Source of the DNA: Vicugna vicugna
Taxonomy: Eukaryota
Length of the DNA: 64,000 nucleotides
Reading direction: 5' to 3'
NCBI GenBank assembly: GCA_013265495.1
Contig: MU057809.1
Location: 62,001 to 126,000 of the forward strand
Under the pieces are notes generated by a model. It saw only the letters and a program-made list of their open reading frames with translations, searched no databases and had not been told where the DNA came from. The translations under genes were made by a program, and so were the position numbers. This document shows, piece by piece, positions 23,140 through 33,929 of this stretch. How positions within the stretch are numbered: position 1 is the first letter of the stretch; each line of letters opens with the position of its first letter.

Positions 23140-26100
23140 AGGAACGGGAGGAGAAAGCCTCTGCGAAGCTTCCTGCAGGGCGTCTCGTCGCCAGCCCTAG
23201 AAGCGTGGTGACATGCCGGGCTGCCGTGAATCCTCGTGGTTCAAAGTGGGGAACGAGAGGAGCGTCCTTCTCTAACCCGGAGCTACCTCGAGGTTGAGAA
23301 CGGAGACGGAGATTTCAGGGAAATCCAGGTGTGTGTGCTTTTCTCAGGGCCGTCTGAGGATCTTCGAAGAAGGAACGAGAGGGTGAACTGACTGCACCTG
23401 AGCTGTTAGATTTCCAGGTGGGTTGTGACAGCAACTGATACAGGAGTGAAAACCAGAAAACTCAGAATAAACCTGCTTCAGAACTAAAAGAACATCACCA
23501 GGAAAGGGCAGCAGAGCTTAACAGGACTTTCTCATTCCTTTACTAAAACTCTAACTTCTTTGAAATCCACTTTCGATTTCCAGTCTCAGTTACCTCTGAG
23601 CTTTTAAACCACGTCCCTGGGGAAGAGAGGTTTGGCAGATGGTGACTTCCATATGTTCATAGTGTTGAAAAACGGTCGTCTGAGACACGGGAGCCTACGT
23701 GATAAACTTACAGATGCAAAGGACCTGATGTGTAAACAGCTGGCCGCCCACGTGCTGCACATGCAGCCCCAGGTGGACGGTCGTCTGGGGAGAGGGAGCG
23801 AGTTCTCACAAGTCTGAAGGCCCGATCCCGCCAGAAAGTCACCATTGCATGGACCGAGGCTGGAGTGCGCGTTGGCGTCTTGCCAAGAACAGAGCTGAGT
23901 CAGCGTGAACTGTGCGTTTGACTGCGTCCCACCTTCCGCTGGGCGAGAGAAGGATCTCCCGAAGCCCAGAGAGGGATTGCCAGGGGCTCTGAGGGGTTAG
24001 AGACCCTAATGAACTGCAGACGGAAAGGCGGACATCACAACCCACTTGATCAGTCCTCCTGTGCTTACAGCCTCTCTTTAAAGTCTTACATCGAAAATGA
24101 TGGAAACACTGATACACAACAACTTGGGCGATTCGCCAGGGAATTTTGCCGAGTTTGAAAAACCAGCCTCAAAAGGTTATATACAGTATGATTCCACTTT
24201 TACAACACTTTGAAATGACAAAATTTTAGAAAAAGAGGGCAGGTTAGTGGTTTCCAGGGGTTAAGGACAAGGGTGGAAATGGGGGTGGGGCTGCAGAGGG
24301 AAGAGGAGAGGCCCCACGGAGCTGAATCTGCACTTGTGGTTCTGGTTGCGTGGACCCCGGCCTGGACTCCTGGGTGTCACCGTCGCCACGTTGGGGGCCT
24401 TGGCCCAGCACCTGCATCCGTGCCCCTCCCGCCCATACAGGGAGTAGGGGGCCTTCGTTCTCACCCACCAGGCTCCTGGTCACTCTTTTCAAGCTGCCCT
24501 TTTTCCTAAGAGCAGATTAAGGCCCCCAAGCAGGTGGATTTTATCATCAGAGGGAAGGTTTCATCCATGGAAAGAAGGGGGGTTGGGGCTGCTGTCCAGG
24601 TGGCCCACAAAACTGTGCTAAAATTCACCATTTTAACCTTTTTTAAAGTGCCCAGTTCAGGGGATTTAAGCACATTCACCGTGTTGTGCAGCCGTCACCC
24701 ATCTGTCACCCCTCTGTCATCAGAACTTTCCATCTTCCTAAGCTGAGGCTCATCCCCACTGAACCCTAACTCCCCTCCCCCAGCCCCGGACACCCACCCT
24801 CTCCTTTCTGTCCCTGTGACTCTGACTCCTCCGGGACCCTCCCCTGAGCCTGTCTGAGCTCCGCCAGCTCAGCCGTCTGGCAGCCCTCACAGCTCCCGAC
24901 GCTGCTTCTGCTTCGGGGTTGAGGAGGGGGAGTAAACAGAGATGGCGACTGGCCGACAGGGAGCCCATCCCCACGTGGTTGGTTGGATTCTGGACTGTGG
25001 ACAAGCTGGCCCGAGCAGGGGTTGTCGCCACCCTGCCGTGTCCCTCACAGCTCCCTGCAGTCACGCTCCCTGAAGCCGCTCAGGACCCGGGAGGCGGCGT
25101 GGCTGGTCGAGGGGGGCACCCCCACAGCAGCAGGATACTTTCCTCCATGGGGGCTCCTCACCCTTGAAGGGAGGAACCAGAAGCAATCAAGGCTGAGAAC
25201 CGGCGAGCGGAGAAGTCAAGTCGGGGTGCGGCTCGGGGTAACTCTCCTCCGCTGGGCCCCGCCCGCCCTGCCTTCCAATGTCTTGCTAGCGCCTTCGTCT
25301 CGATGCACAAGCCTGGCTCAGGTTTCCCAGACGGCCCTTCTCACCTCTCTCTCGGGGGTCGGGTTCTGTTTACAGCTGAAAGGCAGAACCTGCTGCCAAG
25401 CTGGCCGCGTGAGCTCACAGGGAAGAGGTGCCACCAGGTCCAGGAGCCACACGGCATCCTCTGCCCTGGGTCTGCATCCCTGGCCTTGAAGTGAGCATGC
25501 TTCCCTGGCCGCTGCCCCCAGGTCCCCTCCAGCCAGGCTGCTGGCCTCCTGCCAGGGTCCCCAACTGTGATGCAGTGGTGACAAGACAGAGGGCTTGGGG
25601 ACAGACACCAGGATGGGAGGGGCAGCGTGTCACCTGTATCCAGCGGCTGTGCGTCCCCAGGCGGAGTGACACAGACCAGGCTGTGCTCTGGGGGCCACCC
25701 AGGCATGCAGCCCAGCCCTGCCTGCCCCTCTTCTCCTCCGTCAGCGTGTGCTTTTGAGGGAGGCCCTCTAGTGGGAGGGGATGAGGCCAACACTGAGGAG
25801 GCAGGTCCTTGTGCTTGACTGTCCCTTTTCTCAAGCGAGAAGCCCAGGCAGTGGGCTCTGGGCGCAGAGCTGGTTCGACCGTCGGTCAGACTCCTTCCCC
25901 AAAGTAGACCTGACGGTTTAAACAACAGATGGAATTCGAGGTTTTAACAGCGTCAAGGCTATGATAGCTAATACTCTAGAAAGAAACTCGTAACCCTCAA
26001 TTCATGTATCTAACCATCCTGGAGAGAAAAGTGAGGAATAGGTGGCACAACCAAACGTCTACACACAAAGAACCATCCACACAGAGACCAGGCACTCCAT

Positions 26101-26155
26101 GGAGCGAGTGGTCAGAGCCCCAAACCGGAGACAAGCGAGCGCCAAGCAACCAGTG

Positions 26156-26340
26156 CAGGGTCTGCGTGCCTGGCCCCCAGCATGGCCCGCCAGCTGTTTG
26201 TGTGAATAAAGTTTTATTGCGACCCAGCCACGCTCTTCCTCTCAGGGAACAGCCGTGGCTGCACTTGTGCTGCGACAGCATGGCCTGCAAAGTCTAAAAC
26301 CACCATCCTCTGGCACTTTTACAGAGTTTGCGGATCCCTG
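26156..26340. mobile_element. MER58A hAT MITE
   Basis: caggg...ccctg termini, internal gtgaataaagttttattg, 8-bp flanks aaccagtg / aacgggtg. Confidence 0.8.
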
Positions 26341-26955
26341 AACGGGTGAGAGGATCAACGTGGGCAGGAACACCCAGAGGATGGGGTCCCACTTGGCTGT
26401 GGGAGGGCAGCCACCGCCCAGGGCCGGAGCCAGGCTCCCAGAGCTTCCCACGACGAGCGACGTGGTCAGCCTCGTGCAGCTGCAGCCGGTGCGCTCGGGG
26501 GACGAGGCCAGGCCCGTCTGCCCCTCCAGTCCACGGTCTTCCCACTGAGCCTTTTTGGGAAAATAGCCAATTTGGAATTTTCCATCATTGTTTTACTCCA
26601 CGCCCATGGGATTAAGGCACTGCCAAATGGAATCACTTTGCTTTTTTTTTTTAAAGTGATGTGAGGTTACTCATTTTGAAAAACTATTTTTAGTTCCAAA
26701 GCATGAGAAAGTGGTAGAGAAAGTTTGAGTATGTTGCTTTTCTGCCTTGATTTAAATCTGTTGTGTTCTTCTTCATGAACTCTTTAGCGTTTATTTAGTC
26801 GTAAGTAAATAAATTAGTTTGGCCCGTTTATGTGGTACATAAGTAAATTTAGCCCAATGTATCTACATGACCCATGTAGAGGTCTATGTGATATATACAT
26901 ATACTGTTTGTATACATAATATATATTTCCTTATGTTTTAAAAAGAAAACTTTAT

Positions 26956-27045
26956 GGGGGAGGCTATAGCTCAGTGGTAGAGCACACGCTTAGCATGCAT
27001 GAAGTCCTGGGTTCAATCCCTAGTACCTCCATTTTTTAAAAAGAG
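26956..27045 (+). mobile_element. tRNA-derived SINE (Vic-1-like)
   Basis: ggggaggctatagctcagtggtagagc...tcctgggttcaatccctagtacctcc; close to consensus. Confidence 0.9.
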
Positions 27046-27672
27046 AGAAAATTTAAAATATATTATAAAATAATGTCAATATAAAACATTAAGTCAAAGA
27101 TTTATTATAATTTATGTTTATCTGAAATTGGTGATGTGCAGTCTCTGTGACGGAGACATGCCAGTTCTGGGTGGTGCTCTGTAGGAGCTGCTGCCCGGAA
27201 GACACGTCCTCAGGTGTTTACAGCGGTGCTGTCCACGACAGGAACCAGGAGGGAGTCTGAAAGTCCGTCAGAATGAGAATGGCTGCGTCAGACTTAGTTT
27301 GTTCTTATTACCGAGCGTGACCCAGCCGATGCAAGCAATGAAATAGATTCATCCGTCTTGTGGGGCTGGATCTCAAAAGCTAATGTGAGGGGAAAAGCTG
27401 GGAGCGGAGCTGCGTGGGACTGTAACACTGTGCATCCTTGGATCCCTGCTCATGTGCAAGAGGATAAGGTGGGGCTGGAAAGCTGCCCACCAGCTCCCTG
27501 GCTGGGAGCAGACATTGCGGGCTGAGGAGGCAAGAGAGAGATTTAGCTCTATCATCTGTCAGTCTGGCATCTACCTTCACCTATTTGTGTGTCATCTGTC
27601 TGTGTGATGTTTTCTTCCTCTCTCCCCTCCCCTCCCCAGCGTGTACGGGAGGTGGAGTTAAGTGTGCTTCTT

Positions 27673-27824
27673 GGGGGAGGGTGTAGCTCAGTGGTAGGGT
27701 GCCTGCTTGGCAGGCACGAGCTCCTAGGTTCAATCCCCAGTACCTCCCAAACAAACAAACCTAATGGGCCCCCCTAAAAAAAGATTTTAAAAACTCCAAA
27801 AACCAGAACACCGAAAAAGAAAAG
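27673..27824 (+). mobile_element. tRNA-derived SINE (Vic-1-like)
   Basis: A and B boxes, A-rich tail, TSD taagtgtgcttct (27659-27671) / taagtgtacttct (27825-27837). Confidence 0.9.
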
Positions 27825-28008
27825 TAAGTGTACTTCTCTCTGGCACCCGATCAGAGCCGACTTCTCCTCGGTTCATTGATGTACTGTCCTGTGGCATTTC
27901 CCGCTCCTTGCCCTCCCCTGTCCCACAGGCAGCCTATTGCATGTCTGGTCTAGTTGTGAGTGTCCTTACAAAACGTGTAGCACGGCTTGGGGGTTTACTC
28001 ATTTACTT

Positions 28009-28456
28009 TGTGGCAATAAAGGGAAACCTCGCTTAAATGGAGTCAGCCGGCCAGAAGTGGGAGCTCTCACAGGTGTACCCCTCCGTGTCCGTACAGATCC
28101 CCACGGGAAGGGAGTACCTTGCATCTCTGGCAGAAAGTGATACAACTCTGCTACACAGCAGGAGGAAGACAGGCTTTCTCCTTGCCCAGCAACAGCTCAG
28201 CCAATGAGAGACTGCCGCAACTCGGCCAACGTAAAGCCTCTTCACTTCAACTCCCAGTTTCCTCCAGTGGATTCTTTGTGCGTAACAGCACCTCCAAACC
28301 CCGTCTCCTCTGTGGAAGAGTCTCCTCCCCTTTGCTTCACTGGTCTTACACGTAGTTTGACATGGTTATCCGTCCCAAACTGCGGCTCTTTGCTGCTCTC
28401 AAACAACCCCATTTTGCTGGTAAAATAACTGGCTGTTTTACTGTTTCAGGTTAACA
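28009..28456 (+). mobile_element. ERV solo LTR (ERV1-like)
   Basis: tgtggcaataaagggaaacctcgcttaaatggagtcag start, cagccaatgag CCAAT motif, ggttaaca end. Confidence 0.65.
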
Positions 28457-28459
28457 ACC

Positions 28460-28715
28460 AACATGATATATACATGTAAACTGTGTATCTATACATTACA
28501 AGCAACTGATTCACACGATTACAGAGGCTGAGGAATCCGAGACGTGCAGCCAGCAAGCTGGAGACCCAGGGGAGCTAGCAGGGCTCCAGTCAGACTCTGA
28601 GTTCACAGATGGGGGAGATGGACGTCCCAGCTGGAAGCAGTCAGGCAAAGACAGAATTCTTTCTCACCCAACATTTTATTCTATTCCGGCTTCAACGGAT
28701 TGGAGGAGGCCCACC
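28460..28715 (-). mobile_element. MLT2 (ERVL) LTR fragment
   Basis: gcaagctggagacccagg...ttttattctattc...cttcaacggattggaggaggcccac motif. Confidence 0.7.
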
Positions 28716-29561
28716 GACATGGGGCTTGGGGGCAGGTTTGCGAGGTCATGGGGCACGAGTGTCCCTGTGTCCTCTGTGTCCCTGCCAGCACTTGCCATCA
28801 TCCACTGTCCTACGTTGCCAACCTGATGGGGACGAAGCGTCATGGAGGCACTTGAATTCGCATTTCTCTGATTGCTAATGAGCGTGTGTGTTTGTATTTA
28901 TATACTTCTTACATTCTTGTCCCACATTCAGCCTTCTTTTTCTGTGGGTTGCCTGTTCCCCTCCTTTGCCCATTTTCCTATTGTGCTCCTGTCTCTTTCT
29001 CATTGATTTGCAGGAGCTTCTTGTCTGCTCTAATCAGGAACTCCTTGTCTGTTTCCAAGATGGCAGATGTCTTCTGACCTATCATCTGTCTGCTGGCTTG
29101 TTCGTGGTAACTTCTGTTGAACAGGCATCTTTCCTATTAACTTAATCAGATCCATCAGTGTTTCGACATAGGGTCTGGGCTTTTGAGGTTCGTTTTAAGA
29201 AATCCTCCCTCCCTCATCCACCCCCGGGAAATAGAGAGCCTCCTCCACTGTCTCCTTCAGACATCATAGTGTTCCTTTTCATTCAGGTTTTCATTCATCT
29301 GGAATGTAGTTTCATTTCTCTGAAAGGATTTTTCTTTAAAAAATAAAATTTCAATGAGAAAACATGACAAAATATCAGTAGTTAATTTCAAATGCTGGAG
29401 TCAAGATGCATACTACTGTAGTAATACAGTTTAACATACTTTAAGATTCTAAACTAAAAATTTCTCAGTATCTTGTGCAGAATGCAAAGTCAAATAAGAA
29501 AAGGAAAACAACCTACGATGCCCCCACTTGGGAAGAATCCCTGGTAATGTTTCTCTGTGCC

Positions 29562-29587
29562 GTGTGTGTGTGTGTGTGTGTGTGTGT
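29562..29587. repeat. (GT)13 microsatellite
   Basis: Read directly from sequence. Confidence 0.95.
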
Positions 29588-31109
29588 AGGTGTCTGTGCA
29601 CACTTGGAATCATACAGCGTCTACATTTGTCATCTCCTGAGTATGTTTCATGCCCTGGTCTCTGCACATACGTGACACTATGAGGCCTGTTTTCTTTCTC
29701 AGGGAGAACTAGCCTTGTCCTTGGAGGTGTCTGTCCCTCTCATAATTTAACCCTGTAAGACATCAGATTTCAGGGTCAAGTTCCCACATTGTGACCGTCT
29801 CGCCCTGACTAGCTGTCACGTGAAGAATCCTTTTTTCCCCCATCTAGAAACCAGAGCTTCCCCGTTTTGCTTTCTCAAATAGTGAATCTCACGCTGTAAA
29901 CACCAGACACACACAAACACACGTGCCTGTCCCTGCCTGGCTCTTCCCATAGGAACTTGGGTGTTGGGTGGGCAGTGAGTCTGATTTTTGGGGGTGGCTC
30001 CTAGCACCTACTAAGCACCTGGCACACGGGAGGCATCCGATAGACATGTTACATTGGTTGCGAGCCCAGTAGGAGAAAAGACTGGGAGCAAGCGCCCAGG
30101 AAGCTGTCCAGGTGAGTGCGCTGGGGTGAAATACGGGGCACAGGTGGGCCAGGCAAGTGGGGACGACCCCGTGGAGTAGGAGGCCCGCAGCCGGAGGGAG
30201 AGAGAAGGCGGCTTGAGGGGAGCTGGGGTGGGGGAGGAGGGGTCCCGTGGCCCTGCCAGGGCCCACAGACGGGTCCCCTCCTGAGGAGCAGGCGAGGTGT
30301 TCTCCAGGTCTCCGGTGTCTGCTGAAGGGCCTTGAGTAGCGTCGGTGCCAGGTGGATTCATTCAAACCAATCCACTGGTGCAGACCAGTACGGACCAGCG
30401 GAATCCAGGTGACACCAACACATACTAGGTGGAAGGCAGTCAGGGCAGATGTAGGTACCCCCAGCGAAGAACTTGGGGGCCTCTCCTGAGCCGGCACCAG
30501 TGGGTCTGTGCTGGGCCCGTGCACTCCCCCACGTGGCAGGTGGAGGAGACAGAGGATGGGGGGCCTGAGTTTCCTCACGTCACAAAGTGCGCTGGACATG
30601 CAGGTGGGGTGGCCGCTCAGCCCTGCTGTCAGCTGCTTCTCCCTCCCTCAGGGCATCCTGGACACTTGTTTTCTCTTTTCTGGTGAGTGTTCTAAGCGCC
30701 GGTTGTGCTGTTTTTTGCCAGGAACATTTATAACCCCATCCTCTGGTTCCCACTCCCAGGCCTGGGGGCCAAAGTGGTGTTTGGAATCCCGAGCTGGGGT
30801 GGGAGTAGTGGGGCTTAAGTGGTTTGAGAGGACTGGGGCCACGGCCTTGCCTGGGCACCACCACGTCTCTGGATGGCAACAGGGGCTTCTGCTCTCAAAG
30901 GCTTTCCCAGGCCTGTCACCCTCCGATGTTCCTCTAAAACTGGGTGGGTGGGGTCTTATCTGTTAGGCCTCTCGGGATTTTGTGGGCTCCCTTTCATTAT
31001 CTGGCACCTACTGGGGGTCCCCTGAGCCCCGCTGGAATCTTGTGTCCTGTGGCCTTGTGGCACGTGCGTTTGCTAACGTCTGCACCGCTGTCCACTTTCT
31101 GAAATCTGA

Positions 31110-31370
31110 CACTGTCTAGTAGCTTCATTACAAATGTGGAAAGAAACAGATGCAATTAATTTCATATTTTATTTAATCAGCATATCCAAAATATTACAAC
31201 TTATTAACACACAAGCAACATTTCAAAATATTAATGAGATATTTTACTTTCTTTTTCATACTTGGTCTTCAAAATTCTGTGTATTTTATAATGCACAGCG
31301 TCTCAATTCGGGCCGGCCACATTTCCAGTGGTCAATAGTTACACGTGGCCAGTAGCTACTGTAGACAACG
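31110..31370. mobile_element. MER33-like hAT MITE
   Basis: atgagatattttac...ccacatttccagtggtcaatagttacacgtggccagtagctac. Confidence 0.7.
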
Positions 31371-31979
31371 AAGGTTTAGGCTTAATCCTAGATGTACTTC
31401 TAGGGGATCTTCATTCCCCTCAATCCACCCCCACCCGCCCAGGCAGCGCTGAAAACACACAGCCTTCGCTCCTCTCTCTGCCACTTCTCCGGTCCAACAC
31501 CCACCCCGCTTATGAAGTGACGTCTGTAAAATTTATCCCACGGATGAGACTTCCTCAAGCTCACCTCGACACGGCCCACGGGCTGTGAGTGTAAAAGCGA
31601 AGAAAAGCGATGGTTGCACATCCACACAGACAGCGAGCTAACGAGCTAACGTTGCATTAGCCCCCTGCCGTGGCCGTTAATGAACATGCTTTCATTAAAA
31701 CGGCCCTTGCAACTGTTTTGTTTGCTTGCTTGCTTGCAGCGGTGGGAGTCTTTTTCCGACGGCGCAGCGTGACTCGCTGGAAGGAACAGGTTTTAAGAAA
31801 CGGCTCGATTTGGACTCTTTTGCCTCCTCCCAGACCGCACCCGCCCTCTGACCTGTTGGAGCCGTTTCCTCTTTTGTAAAGTAGCATAATAATAGTTTCT
31901 TTATCTACCTGGCAGGACAGTTATGAAACTCGGTAAGGTAGTAAAGGGCAGGGCTCAGACACTTCAAAACCCCACACAA

Positions 31980-33130
31980 GAGCGGCCCGTGGTTACCTGT
32001 GTGGTTCGTGGGTGGAGGAGCCTGCGGGCCAGGAAGGCGCAGGTGTAACCGACAGGCTCCGGGGCGGCCGCAGGACCGGCGACAGCGGACGCGGGGGGCG
32101 CCCGGGCCTGCTCTGCCAGCGCGGGAGGGGCGCACCTGCGGCCCAGCGCGCACACCTGGGACGTGGGCGGCGCTCGGACCGCACAGGTACGGGGGTAAGG
32201 TGGGAGCGGACAGGGGCGGTGCAGGGACGGTGGAGACCGGGAGGTTGGCCACGAGGCCGGACCGGCGCGGGGTGGCCTGGCTGCTGCCGGCGAGTCGGGG
32301 GGGTCTTTCTCTAGACGAGGACCCTCGGCGAGACGAGAGTCCCCTCCGCCCCAGGCCTTCCTTCCCGCCCTCCTGCCCCGCCCCCTCCCGCCGCGCACCG
32401 CCTCGGAGTCCCGCCCACTTCTCCCGCCCCGCGGCTCGGCCTCAGTTCGCGATTGGCTGGGCCCCTACGTAGGCCGCCTTCGCATTGGCCGAGGAGTTTC
32501 AAGTGGCGCGCTCGGAATTGGTGGACGTCCGCGTTGCTCCCGCCCCCGGCCCCAGACGCGGCGCACGATTGGCTGGCGGAGGCACGGTCTCTCGGGCCTG
32601 GGCGGCGCGGACGAGGCCTGGGGCAGCGGTGGCGGCGGCGGCGGCGCGAGGCAGGTGAGCTCCTGCCGCGGGTCGGGGCGAGGGTCGCGGTGAGGCGGGG
32701 CCGGGGCCTGGGCCTGGNNNNNNNNNNNNNNNNNNNNNNNNNNNNNNNNNNNNNNNNNNNNNNNNNNNNNNNNNNNNNNNNNNNNNNNNNNNNNNNNNNN
32801 NNNNNNNNNNNNNNNNNNNNNNNNNNNNNNNNNNNNNNNNNNNNNNNNNNNNNNNNNNNNNNNNNNNNNNNNNNNNNNNNNNNNNNNNNNNNNNNNNNNN
32901 NNNNNNNNNNNNNNNNNNNNNNNNNNNNNNNNNNNNNNNNNNNNNNNNNGACGTCACGGTGGCCGCGCGCGCCCCTCCGACCCCGCCGTCCTCGCGGGTG
33001 GAGGCCGCCGACGCCGCGGCCGGGCCTGCCGCCCCGAGCCCTCGCGGGCTCCCGGCGCAGCCTGTCCCCTCGCCCCGCGTCCGAGCTCCGAGGCGGGCGC
33101 GGGCCTGGTCGTTGGCGTGCTTTTCGTTGG
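31980..33130 (+). promoter_or_regulatory. SUN1: CpG island, SUN1 proximal promoter and non-coding exon 1
   Basis: GC boxes; four ATTGG (inverted CCAAT) at 32452, 32484, 32517 and 32568; (GGC)n 5' UTR; donor GCAG|gtgagc after 32654. Confidence 0.82.
32718..32949. other. Assembly gap (232 N)
   Basis: Run of N inside the GC-extreme island. Confidence 1.
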
Positions 33131-33929
33131 GCACTTCATAGCTGCTCCAAGTCTGCAAACTCGGATGGTTCGGGGGTTGGTTCTGGGGAATTTTCTGTTT
33201 ATTTTCTTCCACAGCTACCTTTTTATTTTCTCTTTTCTTAGTTTTCTTTTTTCTGTGTGTTCTGGAATTACTGTTTTTTGAGCATTGGATCTCTGGGCCG
33301 GTTTTGTGTTCTTTCATCTTCGTCTCTCTGTTCGACTTTCTAGGAGCTTTCTCGGTCTTTTCTTCCAACTCACTTGTTCAGCAGTTCATTTTGGCCGTCA
33401 TATTTTAAATTTCCCAGAGCGCTTTTGGTGATGGGGTTTTTTTCCATCTAAAATTTGGTAACATGTTATTTCGTAAATGCGGTAGCATCATCGCATTCTC
33501 CCTCCATAGCCTCATTTTTTGCCCCCTTGAGCCTGCCCTTCCTGAGACGTCAGGTGATTCTGGTTGAACGCGTTTGAGAGTGGGCCCTGCCCAGTGCTTT
33601 GCAGGTTCTGTGCACCTGCGTGGCTGCTGTCACTGTTGGCTGATAGGACGGGCTGGGATTCCTACAGGGACACTCGGTGTCATTGTCCTTAGATCCTTTT
33701 TTTGGGCCTTTTAGATTCCCAGAGAAGGGCTTTCCAGTCTCCTGCCTCATTTGAGAAGTTGGGTAGGAGAGTATGGATGTGGCCTTCGCAAATCAGTCAG
33801 GAAAAGCTCCCTTATCCTGCTTTTCAGGGAGGCATCCTGGAACGCAGCTGTTCCCCTTGAGAACCCTTGGTTTGATGCTCCAGTCTCTGGGGGAGGGCAG
33901 GCAGGGCATCCATGCACGGTGGCCGTGTG

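Larger units (their letters stand above)
21187..30603 (+). pseudogene. Candidate decayed multi-exon remnant resembling an axonemal dynein heavy chain stem (DNAH6/DNAH14-like)
   Basis: Exon-like blocks at about 21187-21364, 21875-22210, 22589-22752, 23290-23525, 23630-23772, 25929-26030, 26560-26660 and 30308-30603; several have AG/GT borders, all carry stops or frameshifts; motif order is colinear with recalled dynein stem sequence; not verified by search. Confidence 0.45.

Noticed and set aside
26956..27030. tRNA-like sequence with A and B boxes
   Set aside because: Dispersed copies with A-rich tails and TSDs identify it as a SINE, not a tRNA gene
32453..33368. Long ORFs on both strands at the SUN1 promoter
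   Set aside because: Artefacts of reading through the N gap and the GC island
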